From the IMG/VR virus record IMGVR_UViG_3300025030_000083, positions 55,292 through 75,291 of that record: DNA of 20,000 nt; one strand, 5' to 3'. The position numbers were made by a program, and so were the translations under genes. Each line of letters begins with the position of its first letter. Position 1 is the first letter of the stretch. The notes beneath the pieces are model-generated. The model was not told the DNA's origin, did no database searches, and saw only the letters and a list, made by a program, of their open reading frames with translations. Shown piece after piece: positions 1 through 8,197 of the stretch. Source of the DNA: an uncultured virus (IMG/VR IMGVR_UViG_3300025030_000083) (taxonomy: Duplodnaviria; Heunggongvirae; Uroviricota; Caudoviricetes).

Positions 1-2
1 TA

Positions 3-1061
3 CGCCACTGCCGTCCAGAATACTTTCGAGCAGAGATGGATAAATTAATGCCATATAGGGGAAAGAAAATAGATGGCCCAGAATTAAATAAAGCAATCAG
101 TCTACAAATTCCCATCCGTCTAGGAATTCGATTTGAAGATTTTCTTCCTATCGAAGCTCAAAAAGGAATCAGTTTGAATTTTATGCAATATTTATCTGAT
201 ATTGCATATCCCATAATGGTGAACACTAAGTCTGCGTTAATCGGAAGAGAAGATTACGTTAGGGCACTAGCAGATAATAAAGGTGGTGCTGCTGTTCATA
301 TGACGGCGATATCTTCAGATGGTATTCTAAATAAAAAGTTGGAACCTGGCGCCCCGTCTTTTGAGAAACGCATGCTTGCTGTAAAAGCCCTTACGGATGC
401 AGGGGTTAGGGTTGTCGCAAGGATCGAGCCATTCATGGTCTTTGTGAACGATGATCCTTATTATGTTCAAAAATGGATACAGGGAGTCAGGGAAGCAGGG
501 ATTAAACATATCACTTTTGATACATATAGCTACTCCGCTTCTGCCCCTGGAGTTGAACGCCAAATGGAAATGGAAGGAATAGATTTTCGTAGAATGTTTT
601 TGCTAATGTCAGATAGTCAGTGGTTGGGTTCTTTGATTTTAGGAGAATTTATGAAAATGATGAAATCCGAGGGATTTTCAACTTCCACCTTCGATTTCGG
701 GAATTCCCCGATCAATAATGATGAAATCTGCTGCTCCGTATCAGATGTTTACTTACCCCTGGGTGGAGGGTTCTCCTACGGGAACAACATGATTGCTGCT
801 AGGTTTGTTCGGGATAACGGACCCCACCCAGTAACGTGGGGGAAATATAACGCTTTCGTAGAGGAACGTGGGGGGTGGTTATCAGAAACCTTAATGCAAG
901 AAGTAAAGAATTCGTGGAATCTTGGGGGACATCAAGCATATCAGGTGGATTGGGCCCAGGGAATTGAACCTTATGGAAGAGATCGAGAAGGAAATATAGT
1001 TTGGAGATATATTGAAAGTTCTGACTTCCGCTTAGAAATGTTAGAAAATTTGGTCCGGTGA
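3..1061 (+). CDS. Radical SAM protein, SplB/Rv2578c-like (5' end truncated by the window edge)
   Basis: The frame is open from position 3 (RHCRPEYFRAEM...). Motifs EDFLPIE, PIMVNTKS..I.RED and LEPGAPSFEKRMLAVKALTDAGVRVVARIEP match SPL-like radical SAM proteins. The CxxxCxxC motif is not visible and is presumably upstream. Confidence 0.75.
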   Translation, partial: RHCRPEYFRAEMDKLMPYRGKKIDGPELNKAISLQIPIRLGIRFEDFLPIEAQKGISLNFMQYLSDIAYPIMVNTKSALIGREDYVRALADNKGGAAVHMTAISSDGILNKKLEPGAPSFEKRMLAVKALTDAGVRVVARIEPFMVFVNDDPYYVQKWIQGVREAGIKHITFDTYSYSASAPGVERQMEMEGIDFRRMFLLMSDSQWLGSLILGEFMKMMKSEGFSTSTFDFGNSPINNDEICCSVSDVYLPLGGGFSYGNNMIAARFVRDNGPHPVTWGKYNAFVEERGGWLSETLMQEVKNSWNLGGHQAYQVDWAQGIEPYGRDREGNIVWRYIESSDFRLEMLENLVR

Positions 1062-1441
1062 AAAATAAAGGATTCTTTTCAAGACACTGGAGCGAATCTG
1101 ACGAAAGAGTACTCAAATATTTGGGGGACTTTTTCAAAGATCCTCCGATTAAACCAGATTATAAAGCTGGATACGACGTTACGGTGGGAGATGCAAAGAT
1201 AGAAATAAAATCGTGCCAAGAATGGATACATTCAGAAAGTGTTAAGGGAAAATGGAAGAGAAGAAGAGGGAGATTCCACTTTGATAAGGGAACAGAGGCC
1301 GATATGATTTTATTTGTATTAGTCAAAGAATCGGGGGAGTTGGAATTTGCTATCCGATTTCCAGAACAATATGGAGTACGGAAATTGAAAATACCTATAA
1401 CGATATTATGGAATAAAGTATTTACAGAGGCGAGGATATGA
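1058..1441 (+). CDS. Small PD-(D/E)XK restriction-endonuclease-fold protein
   Basis: GYDVTVGDAKIEIKS fits the D-x(n)-E-x-K motif; RGRFHF and DMILFV follow. The GTG start overlaps the upstream TGA. Confidence 0.6.
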   Translation: MKNKGFFSRHWSESDERVLKYLGDFFKDPPIKPDYKAGYDVTVGDAKIEIKSCQEWIHSESVKGKWKRRRGRFHFDKGTEADMILFVLVKESGELEFAIRFPEQYGVRKLKIPITILWNKVFTEARI

Positions 1442-1818
1442 ATTTACGTTGTTTTTGGGGAATTCATAAGCCTGTTGCTACCAATCCTAAAAGGGGGATA
1501 TTAATAGGGGGAACCCATTGTAAAAGATGTGGGAGTATTCTAACTAATCCCATAGAATGGCCTAACCCCCTTCCTTCGCAAACTATTCAACCTTTTTGTG
1601 AAAACTCTAAATGCCCTATATGTCATTCTAGCCCTATATATACCTATTTTTGCTTAGGAATACGTTGGGATTTAGAAACAAAATATCCGTATTATATACC
1701 AAATGAAAATTTAAAATGCCCCTACGGAGAAAAAGGGCATCTCCATCGTAGTTGTTCTTGTAAATATAAGTGGGTGGAAAAAACAGCCATAGATGCCGAA
1801 TTAACGGAAGGCGAATAA
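1438..1818 (+). CDS. Cys/His-rich phage protein, probably Zn-binding (N-terminus resembles DUF1660)
   Basis: LRCFWGIH...CKRCG, CPICH and HLHRSCSC; ATGA overlap with the previous gene. Confidence 0.6.
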   Translation: MNLRCFWGIHKPVATNPKRGILIGGTHCKRCGSILTNPIEWPNPLPSQTIQPFCENSKCPICHSSPIYTYFCLGIRWDLETKYPYYIPNENLKCPYGEKGHLHRSCSCKYKWVEKTAIDAELTEGE

Positions 1819-1986
1819 ATGGATTATACAAAAAAATTGATCAAGGCTGCTAAAGATTATTTAAGGGCATCTACTTGCAATTGTAAATATAATGGCGGTT
1901 GCCCACAAGAAGTTTTGCAATCTTTAATAGATGAATATAAACCTCCTCTAATTATTCCTACCAAGAAAAAGAAAGGTTCCAAATGA
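1819..1986 (+). CDS. 55-aa hypothetical protein absent from the ORF track (MDYTKKLIKAAKDYLRASTCNCKYNGGCPQEVLQSLIDEYKPPLIIPTKKKKGSK)
   Basis: The ATG directly follows TAA 1818 and the TGA overlaps ATG 1983, so it fills the gap exactly. Confidence 0.7.
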   Translation: MDYTKKLIKAAKDYLRASTCNCKYNGGCPQEVLQSLIDEYKPPLIIPTKKKKGSK

Positions 1987-2654
1987 AACTGAAAATTGTT
2001 AGTCCTACAGGATTGGTCAAAGATGTTAAAGTGGTTAATGCAGAAACCAACGAAATGCTTGATGATGTTAAGGAATTTACCATCCATGCCAAATCCAATA
2101 TGGGATTAGTAGAAGTTTCAATTAAATTTTCTCGTTTAGCTTTTGAAGTAACTGCGGAAAAAAAGAAAAGAACAAAGAAACCCAAATATCCTGACTCTAC
2201 TGCATATTCTAAAAGTTGTATAGAGGCCAACAAAAAAACAGTTATGGATGGGGAGGGGAGAGTTGATTTAGACTACGTGGAAAATCATGGGGTGAATCCT
2301 AATGATCGCCTCAGTTGGTATATGTGGCGATATTTTATCAAAATATATTCTGAAAATAAATTAACTAAAATAAAAGTTCCAGATATTGTAGATTTCATTA
2401 GAAGAGAATTTGGGCCAGATCAATCAGCAATTGAATTTAAGTTTGACAGGACGACTGCAAATCATTGCATAAATAAATTTTGTTTCATTGGACTATTAAA
2501 TAAACATAAAAAATCAGATGAATGCTTTTATACTTTCTCCAACTCCGTAAAAAGAAGGGGGTTAGAGTGGTTTTTACAAGGGAATAAATATATGAAAGGC
2601 CATTTTCAATCGGGAGCAGAGGGGTTTTTTAATCTATTGGAAATAAAGGAATAA
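1983..2654 (+). CDS. Hypothetical protein, possible C-terminal winged-helix DNA-binding domain
   Basis: 223-aa ORF in operon context. IKVPDIVDFI...TANHCINKFCFIGLLNKHK...YTF resembles a wHTH pattern. Confidence 0.55.
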   Translation: MKLKIVSPTGLVKDVKVVNAETNEMLDDVKEFTIHAKSNMGLVEVSIKFSRLAFEVTAEKKKRTKKPKYPDSTAYSKSCIEANKKTVMDGEGRVDLDYVENHGVNPNDRLSWYMWRYFIKIYSENKLTKIKVPDIVDFIRREFGPDQSAIEFKFDRTTANHCINKFCFIGLLNKHKKSDECFYTFSNSVKRRGLEWFLQGNKYMKGHFQSGAEGFFNLLEIKE

Positions 2655-2659
2655 AAATA

Positions 2660-2863
2660 ATGGCTTCTGGGATATATGTAATAGTTAATAAAATAAATAG
2701 AATGATGCACGAACCTTGGAGCAAAGAAAGAAAGACCAAATTATCGGAATTCAAAATAAAATATTATCAAGAACATCCTATGAGCAAAGAAACTAGACAA
2801 AAAATGTCAGAAGCTAAAATAGAATATCATAGAAAAATGAGGGAGAAAAAAATTGAAAAATGA
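2660..2863 (+). pseudogene. Internally deleted GIY-YIG homing endonuclease remnant with NUMOD3-like repeats
   Basis: MASGIYVIVNKIN is a typical GIY-YIG start, but YIG and the catalytic core are absent. WSKERKTKLSE and HPMSKETRQKMSEAK are NUMOD3-like. RBS AAGGA upstream. Confidence 0.7.
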
Positions 2864-2929
2864 ACTAAAAATAGAGAGGTCATTTCCAATCGGACACACA
2901 AGGATTATTCAATCTACAGGATGTTACAA

Positions 2930-3160
2930 ATGAATCTTAAAAAAGAAGGAAAAGATTTAGTCCAACGGGGGGTTAAATTGGGGAAATCTTTTGTATTAAC
3001 AATTATATTATTATTGCAATTGGCCATTCAAGTTTGTATACTATTCTTTACTGTATGGATAACCGTATTTACCAAGGGGAAGGAAATTGCAGATAGAAAA
3101 ACATTTGAGATATCCAAGGGATCTACAGTTCCTATGACTCTATTTCCAAGGGGGAATTGA
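2930..3160 (+). CDS. Small membrane protein (start at 2921 or 2930)
   Basis: Long hydrophobic stretch FVLTIILLLQLAIQVCILFFTVWITVF. Confidence 0.55.
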   Translation: MNLKKEGKDLVQRGVKLGKSFVLTIILLLQLAIQVCILFFTVWITVFTKGKEIADRKTFEISKGSTVPMTLFPRGN

Positions 3161-3161
3161 A

Positions 3162-3992
3162 TTGGGACTTCGAAATGAATTAGAGGTTGAAAGGGTATTC
3201 ACTTACGGAGTTGCTTTGGAACAGGGGGGTACTCAAAAAAACGCTGTATTCTGTTGGGAAAATATCATTTATATTATGAACTCCGATAAGACTATACTAC
3301 TTCGGTTTGAAACATCGGTTAATGAATTCAAAGACCCCATTAGATTTTTCTTGAGCGATTATGATTCCCCAAATTTTACTGCGGACGGAAGTAATATAAC
3401 TTTCCTTCAAAAAGGGGAGGAATTCATACGTAGCAAGAGATGCCGAATCCCCAATCAAACTTTTCAAGAAGTTGAAGAATTGTTTTATAAATTTTATAGT
3501 CCTGATAAAATGAAATGGAAAATTTCCTTTAGCAAATCTTCGTTGGATCTCTTGGACGAGAATTTATCGCATATTGAATTTGTAACTAAAGGGGGGGAAC
3601 TAAAAATACTCCAACGAGATATCTATGTCGGATCTCTAATCCAACTCGAAAGAAAAATGGAAATGGAGGGCCTCGGCCTAACAGAACCAGAAGATGTTCT
3701 TCCAGATTCTCTTTCCCCCATGGGAATGAGGACTGGTGATTTCTTGGCACTATTTAATTTCAATGAGAAGGTAGACATTTATTTTCCAGAAGAACTGCAA
3801 TACTTTATAATTGAGGGATTGCATAATAATATATCAGGGGTTATTGCGGGGTGCATTTATGACGACTGCGGGACAATAGCTGATTTAGGGGAGGTTATGC
3901 ATGGGCGGAAAAAGTCGGAAAACGGGGAGTATATCCAAAAAGTTAGTCGAACGGTTGCTGAGCCAATCCTCAAAAGGAGGAAAATCATCTAA
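3162..3992 (+). CDS. Putative two-domain sliding clamp (PCNA/T4 gp45-like)
   Basis: Core of about 245 aa with a repeated helix/strand pattern (IYIMNSDKTILLRF; HIEFVTKGGELKIL; FLALFNFNEKVDIYF...FIIEG...ISGVIAG). Lies in a replication module; TTG start with GGGGG RBS. The CDS is secure, the fold call is inference. Confidence 0.45.
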   Translation: MGLRNELEVERVFTYGVALEQGGTQKNAVFCWENIIYIMNSDKTILLRFETSVNEFKDPIRFFLSDYDSPNFTADGSNITFLQKGEEFIRSKRCRIPNQTFQEVEELFYKFYSPDKMKWKISFSKSSLDLLDENLSHIEFVTKGGELKILQRDIYVGSLIQLERKMEMEGLGLTEPEDVLPDSLSPMGMRTGDFLALFNFNEKVDIYFPEELQYFIIEGLHNNISGVIAGCIYDDCGTIADLGEVMHGRKKSENGEYIQKVSRTVAEPILKRRKII

Positions 3993-4107
3993 GTCGGGGG
4001 TTTCTCCAAAGGGATTATTGGATAAGGGGGGACTTGATTGGACGAAGGATTTTCCTGGGGATGAGGAAAGAAAGAAACGCGAAGCCGAGGGAGGGGGAAA
4101 TAAATGA
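3901..4107 (+). CDS. Small basic Gly/Ser/Lys-rich protein overlapping the upstream gene
   Basis: Strong RBS GGAGGT just upstream of the ATG; its stop forms an ATGA overlap with 4104. Confidence 0.55.
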   Translation: MGGKSRKTGSISKKLVERLLSQSSKGGKSSKSGVSPKGLLDKGGLDWTKDFPGDEERKKREAEGGGNK

Positions 4108-4547
4108 ATCCCGACGATATGCTCACAGGACGCGAGATGGACGCGCTGGTGGCGGAGAAGATCATGGGGTCTGTGCCATGCGACGGATGGAGTCGCTTTC
4201 ATATAGGCGAGATGATGAATGACATGAAGTGTGAGCATGAAATGGGCAAGTGTTTCCCAAAGAAAGCTGGGCCTCCGATGTATTCCACCTCCATTTCCGC
4301 TGCGTGGCAGGTCATGGAGCATTTCAGACAAAACCAATGGAAAGTAAGCGTTATTGGTAATGAATGGTATGACGGAGCGTCGTGGATTTGTGTTATGAGA
4401 GACGCGATAGGCGAAGAGAGGGGAACCGGGATCGACAAAAAGTCATGTACTGTCGTTGATGGTAAGCAGGGATGGGATGAACCGTCCGCCCCTCTCGCCA
4501 TCTGCCGCGCCGCGCTGAAGACGGTGGGAAAAAATGAGACTTTCTAA
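4104..4547 (+). CDS. Phage ABA-sandwich domain protein
   Basis: GREMDALVAEKIMG...PMYSTSISAAWQVME...SAPLAICRAAL signature; visibly more GC-rich than its flanks. Confidence 0.8.
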   Translation: MNPDDMLTGREMDALVAEKIMGSVPCDGWSRFHIGEMMNDMKCEHEMGKCFPKKAGPPMYSTSISAAWQVMEHFRQNQWKVSVIGNEWYDGASWICVMRDAIGEERGTGIDKKSCTVVDGKQGWDEPSAPLAICRAALKTVGKNETF

Positions 4548-4746
4548 TTGTACCCACGAAGTACCTCCCTTTGCCCTATGTGGGATATGCGAACCAGAGG
4601 AATTGAAGTCAATACTTAAAGAGATAAATCGACTATGGGGAAAGTTAGATGGCCCATGCCCCTATTGCAAAGTAAATGGTCCCTGCAAACATTGGTCTGG
4701 ATGTGGATGGTCCGCCTCGTTTAAAACTGTAGAGGAAAAAATATGA
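4534..4746 (+). CDS. Cys-rich hypothetical protein
   Basis: CTH..., CGIC, CPYC and CKHWSGC; overlaps both neighbours. Confidence 0.55.
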   Translation: MRLSNCTHEVPPFALCGICEPEELKSILKEINRLWGKLDGPCPYCKVNGPCKHWSGCGWSASFKTVEEKI

Positions 4747-5000
4747 ACGAAATTGAGTTTGTTAAAAGTGTTCAAACGCTAGAAGTTAGAGAAAACGATC
4801 TAATGATTATCAAGATTCCTTACAAAATTAAACCAGAAAATTCTGAAAAAATTAGAAAACTAGCAGAAGATAATTTGCCTATAGGAATGAAAGGAAAAGT
4901 AAAAATATTCATCCTTGAAGAAGGGGTTGATATAGGAATTATACGAGCAGAGGAGGATAACCATAAATGTGTCAAGAATGTAGTTGGGAAAATTTCATAG
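4743..5000 (+). CDS. Hypothetical phage protein
   Basis: RBS GAGG and ATGA overlap. Confidence 0.65.
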   Translation: MNEIEFVKSVQTLEVRENDLMIIKIPYKIKPENSEKIRKLAEDNLPIGMKGKVKIFILEEGVDIGIIRAEEDNHKCVKNVVGKIS

Positions 5001-5158
5001 AAGAAATAAATGATTATTTATCAGACCCAGATTACGATTGGGCCGAAGAAACGCTGTCGGGGATTGCAAATACTGTAGAAGAAAATAGTCATGTAACGGA
5101 TAGGCAAAAAGAAGCGGTGGAGAATATCGTTGAGGCTGTTGAAAGGAAAAGTCGGTGA
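4967..5158 (+). CDS. Small acidic hypothetical protein
   Basis: RBS GAGGAGG; the stop overlaps the next GTG. Confidence 0.65.
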   Translation: MCQECSWENFIEEINDYLSDPDYDWAEETLSGIANTVEENSHVTDRQKEAVENIVEAVERKSR

Positions 5159-5961
5159 AAAGTAATTACTTAAAATTGCTTGAGAAATATAAAATTACTC
5201 CAACTTTTCCATGCAGTCAAGAATATTTTGAACGATCTGGAATTGAAGAGCAAACTTGTGGAGATTATGTATATTGGAAACAACACGAGTGGTTCATAGG
5301 GCCGCCAATAAATTCACTAACGGGGGAGTTAGTTAAAAGCCCTCCTTCAGATTGGATTATTCCCATGAACAAAATTTGGGCTTGTTTTCATAATTGGGAA
5401 ATGTCCTCAGATTATAAGAAGGAATTTTTATCCTTTGAGTATATCTATGATCCCAAAAACTTTTTGAAAATGGAAGGGGGTCGTTGGTCTATCTTTAGGA
5501 AAAATATTCGCAAATTCCCTGGCCGATATGGGAATGCCCCCCTACGATATATTGAAGCAACCTCTGATCATGAGGAGGATTTGAAAAAGTTATTTCTGGA
5601 ATGGGTTGGTACCAAGGGGGAAGATCAAGAAATACATGATGATGAAGTTATGCTAAATTACCTTTTTCATGGTAATAATAGAAAAATTTTGGTAGATAAA
5701 AATAATTATATTTTGGGGGTAAATATATGGGATTTGGGGTACTCCCAAATTTATTTCCGGTTCAATTTCTCCCGAAATATCAAATTTTTAAACGAATATT
5801 TGAGATATATTTTCTATACAGATCCTATCATATTGAACCAAAATAAATTGGTTAATGATGGGGGATCTCTAGATAACAAAAATCTTGAGGCATTTAAGGA
5901 CAAACTTTGCCCTTTGGAAAAAAGGGAAATTTTTTCTTATATCAAAATGGAGGAAATATGA
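5155..5961 (+). CDS. DUF2156 / aminoacyl-phosphatidylglycerol synthase C-terminal-like GNAT (tRNA-dependent transferase fold)
   Basis: EYIYDPKNFLKMEGGRWSIFRKNIRKF matches DYIY...L.G.K...RN....F. LVNDGGSLDNKNLEAFKDKLCP matches the C-terminal N...D.G..GL...K....P motif. Confidence 0.7.
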   Translation: MKSNYLKLLEKYKITPTFPCSQEYFERSGIEEQTCGDYVYWKQHEWFIGPPINSLTGELVKSPPSDWIIPMNKIWACFHNWEMSSDYKKEFLSFEYIYDPKNFLKMEGGRWSIFRKNIRKFPGRYGNAPLRYIEATSDHEEDLKKLFLEWVGTKGEDQEIHDDEVMLNYLFHGNNRKILVDKNNYILGVNIWDLGYSQIYFRFNFSRNIKFLNEYLRYIFYTDPIILNQNKLVNDGGSLDNKNLEAFKDKLCPLEKREIFSYIKMEEI

Positions 5962-6266
5962 AACCTATAGATTTTTCTGAGAAAACAAAAGATTTACAAA
6001 AACCAGCAGAAATGACAGATAAAGAATGTTCCCCACTTCCCATTTGGAATGACGGACAAATTTGTATATCTTGTTGGAAAGCAGATTGGAAAGAAAGATT
6101 ATCTATTTTATTTTTCGGAAAAATTTGGATCCGAGTTTATTCAGGGGTAACTCAACCACCTATATATTTAGAAGGAACAAAAACACCATTTGCTACTCCT
6201 ATGATATTAAATGTTAAAAAGTTAAAAGATGCCTGGAATAAAACTTTTATGGGGAGGGAAAAATGA
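5958..6266 (+). CDS. Hypothetical phage protein (MKPIDF...CSPLP...ISCW...ERL...G..QPP)
   Basis: RBS GGAGG before ATG 5958 and ATGA overlaps at both ends. Confidence 0.7.
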   Translation: MKPIDFSEKTKDLQKPAEMTDKECSPLPIWNDGQICISCWKADWKERLSILFFGKIWIRVYSGVTQPPIYLEGTKTPFATPMILNVKKLKDAWNKTFMGREK

Positions 6267-7327
6267 AAAAAGTTGATCTGTTAAATGCTATCAAATCTGT
6301 AATGATGGGGATTGACAAATCCAGTGCCATCGGATCAGATTTTATTCTATTCGATGAAAACTGGGTCCGGTCGTACAAGGAGGATATCAGTTGCTCCTTC
6401 CCCCTTGAAACGGGAATCAGAACAGCTGTTAGAGCAGAAGAATTGTACAAGGTTTTATCCAAAATGGAAGCCGAAGAAATTGATATCAAGATGAATGACG
6501 ACGGTAAATTTCAAGTTAAGGGGGGGAAGACTACTCTCAAAATGAACCCTCTTCAAAAAGAACAGATTACCAGTTCTCTAGAGAGGGCTTGGGCTGTTCA
6601 AACAGATGGATTGGAATGGTTCTATCTCCCCAAAGACTTCCAAGTGGGAATGGAACTTTGTTCATTCAGCGCAGGGACGGGGCCAGCTTTGGGACCTTTG
6701 GCAGGGGTTCATTTCTTCGAAAATAAAGCAGTTTCTACAGACAATTACCGGGTGTCCATCTATACCATGTTGGAAGCAGTCACTAGCGCATTTACCCTCC
6801 CAACCAAAACGGTGGAAGGGCTTATGAAATTAGAAGAGAACTTTGAAATTATTGCTTTATCAAAGGCATGGGCTCATTTCTCTAACGAAAGGGGAGCTAT
6901 CTATAGTTCAAGGGTACTAGCAGGGGATTACCCTTCCAAGAAGATTGTGGGACTGTTCGAAGTTATGAAATTTGATATGACTGCTGATCCTCTTGAGTTT
7001 CCCAAGGGATTGGAGGCTCCGTTGGAAAGGGCTAAAATCCTGGCTGGTGCTAGTGGAGATGGATGGGATGCTTTATCAAAAGTTTCTCTTTCCTATTCCA
7101 AGGGAGTTTTAGAAATTCGGGCGGGGAAAGAAGCAGGGGAAATTGTTGACGGAGTTGATTGGAAAAAAGGTCATTTTGAAGAAGGAATTGAACTTAAAGT
7201 ACAACCTGACTTTTTCAAAAAAATTTTAGGAATCACCCGTCAATTCCGTATGAGCGGAGTTAAGAAATCATTGTTGTTCTCTTCGGAGAAATTTAGTCAT
7301 ATTATGGTTGCATCAGTAGGAAAATAG
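6263..7327 (+). CDS. dnaN: DNA polymerase III beta-like sliding clamp
   Basis: 354 aa, the three-domain size. AVSTDNYRVS corresponds to VATDGHRLA and SRVLAGDYP to SRLIEGxFP. Confidence 0.8.
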   Translation: MKKVDLLNAIKSVMMGIDKSSAIGSDFILFDENWVRSYKEDISCSFPLETGIRTAVRAEELYKVLSKMEAEEIDIKMNDDGKFQVKGGKTTLKMNPLQKEQITSSLERAWAVQTDGLEWFYLPKDFQVGMELCSFSAGTGPALGPLAGVHFFENKAVSTDNYRVSIYTMLEAVTSAFTLPTKTVEGLMKLEENFEIIALSKAWAHFSNERGAIYSSRVLAGDYPSKKIVGLFEVMKFDMTADPLEFPKGLEAPLERAKILAGASGDGWDALSKVSLSYSKGVLEIRAGKEAGEIVDGVDWKKGHFEEGIELKVQPDFFKKILGITRQFRMSGVKKSLLFSSEKFSHIMVASVGK

Positions 7328-7335
7328 GAGATTGT

Positions 7336-7584
7336 ATGAGAAATTATTTTAGTAAATTAGTTGGGGCAATTTTTATAGGAATTATTATTCTTTCTGAAGT
7401 TCAATTTTCTCCTGGAATAATAGTAAAAACAGTGTGTATAGATGGACTTGAATTTGTAGTAGCCTATCCACTTAAATGGTCAATGGGAAATATCTTACCT
7501 GCTAAGGCCCCCACATCGGTGATTCAAGTGTATGATAAGAGTGATTATGCTCATGGTAGTCCTCAACCAAAAAGTTGCAAATAA
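7336..7584 (+). CDS. Small protein with N-terminal hydrophobic or signal segment
   Basis: RBS AGGAG; LVGAIFIGIIIL; C-terminal Cys. Confidence 0.6.
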   Translation: MRNYFSKLVGAIFIGIIILSEVQFSPGIIVKTVCIDGLEFVVAYPLKWSMGNILPAKAPTSVIQVYDKSDYAHGSPQPKSCK

Positions 7585-7586
7585 AA

Positions 7587-7808
7587 ATGAAAAAGAAAGA
7601 CAAAAAGATTAAGACAAGTATTATTCTTACTCCTTCTGATGAGTCAAAATCAGTTTGTCCTCGCTGCAAAAGTTATTATGCGGGTAAAATTCCAGTGTTG
7701 GATTTCAAAGATCCAGAATATTCTGCAGGGAAAAGGGAGAAACCACCTACCATAATGGTAAAATGCCACGGGGCGCACCCCCAAGATCCTTGGGAAGGGA
7801 AAGATTAA
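7587..7808 (+). CDS. Small hypothetical protein with CPRC
   Basis: ATG 7587 follows the upstream stop; TAATG junction with the next gene. Confidence 0.55.
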   Translation: MKKKDKKIKTSIILTPSDESKSVCPRCKSYYAGKIPVLDFKDPEYSAGKREKPPTIMVKCHGAHPQDPWEGKD

Positions 7809-7990
7809 TGGATGAAGAGACTGCTAGATTCATATTAAATTTATTTTGGTTGGCTGACGGAGGGGATTGTGCTTTTTGTACTGGGGAAATGACAAGATTC
7901 TTTATTGAAAAGTTTCCTCAATTCGAATGGATAGCTGATGAAATTGCCAAGAAAAAGGGCTTCGATCCTATGTGCTGGAGGGAGCATTAA
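7808..7990 (+). CDS. Small hypothetical protein (ADGGDCAFC motif)
   Basis: The TAATG overlap places the start at 7808. Confidence 0.6.
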   Translation: MDEETARFILNLFWLADGGDCAFCTGEMTRFFIEKFPQFEWIADEIAKKKGFDPMCWREH

Positions 7991-7991
7991 T

Positions 7992-8197
7992 ATGGACATT
8001 AATCAAATTAGGATTGAAAAAAAAAGATGGAAAATAATATGCAAAGAATAATATCACAAATGGTAGGATTATTTATAGACCAAACTGAAGTAAGAGTTGA
8101 GAATATAACTATAGCCATGATAGATGTGACTAGTCTAGGAGATACCAAACCCCGATTCGTAGTGGGACATGTGGAAGTGGGGTTGGAAAAAATATAA
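7992..8197 (+). CDS. Small phage protein split by a frameshift in an A9 run (MDINQIRIEKK + MENNMQRIIS...VEVGLEKI)
   Basis: RBS GGAGGGAG precedes ATG 7992, whose frame stops after 19 aa. The -1 frame 8027..8197 (56 aa) ends directly before ATG 8198. Confidence 0.55.

Noticed and set aside
4034..4222. Alternative + strand ORF, and similarly 6312, 6606, 12318, 15710 and 16217
   Set aside because: Nested out of frame within well-supported genes, with no motifs.
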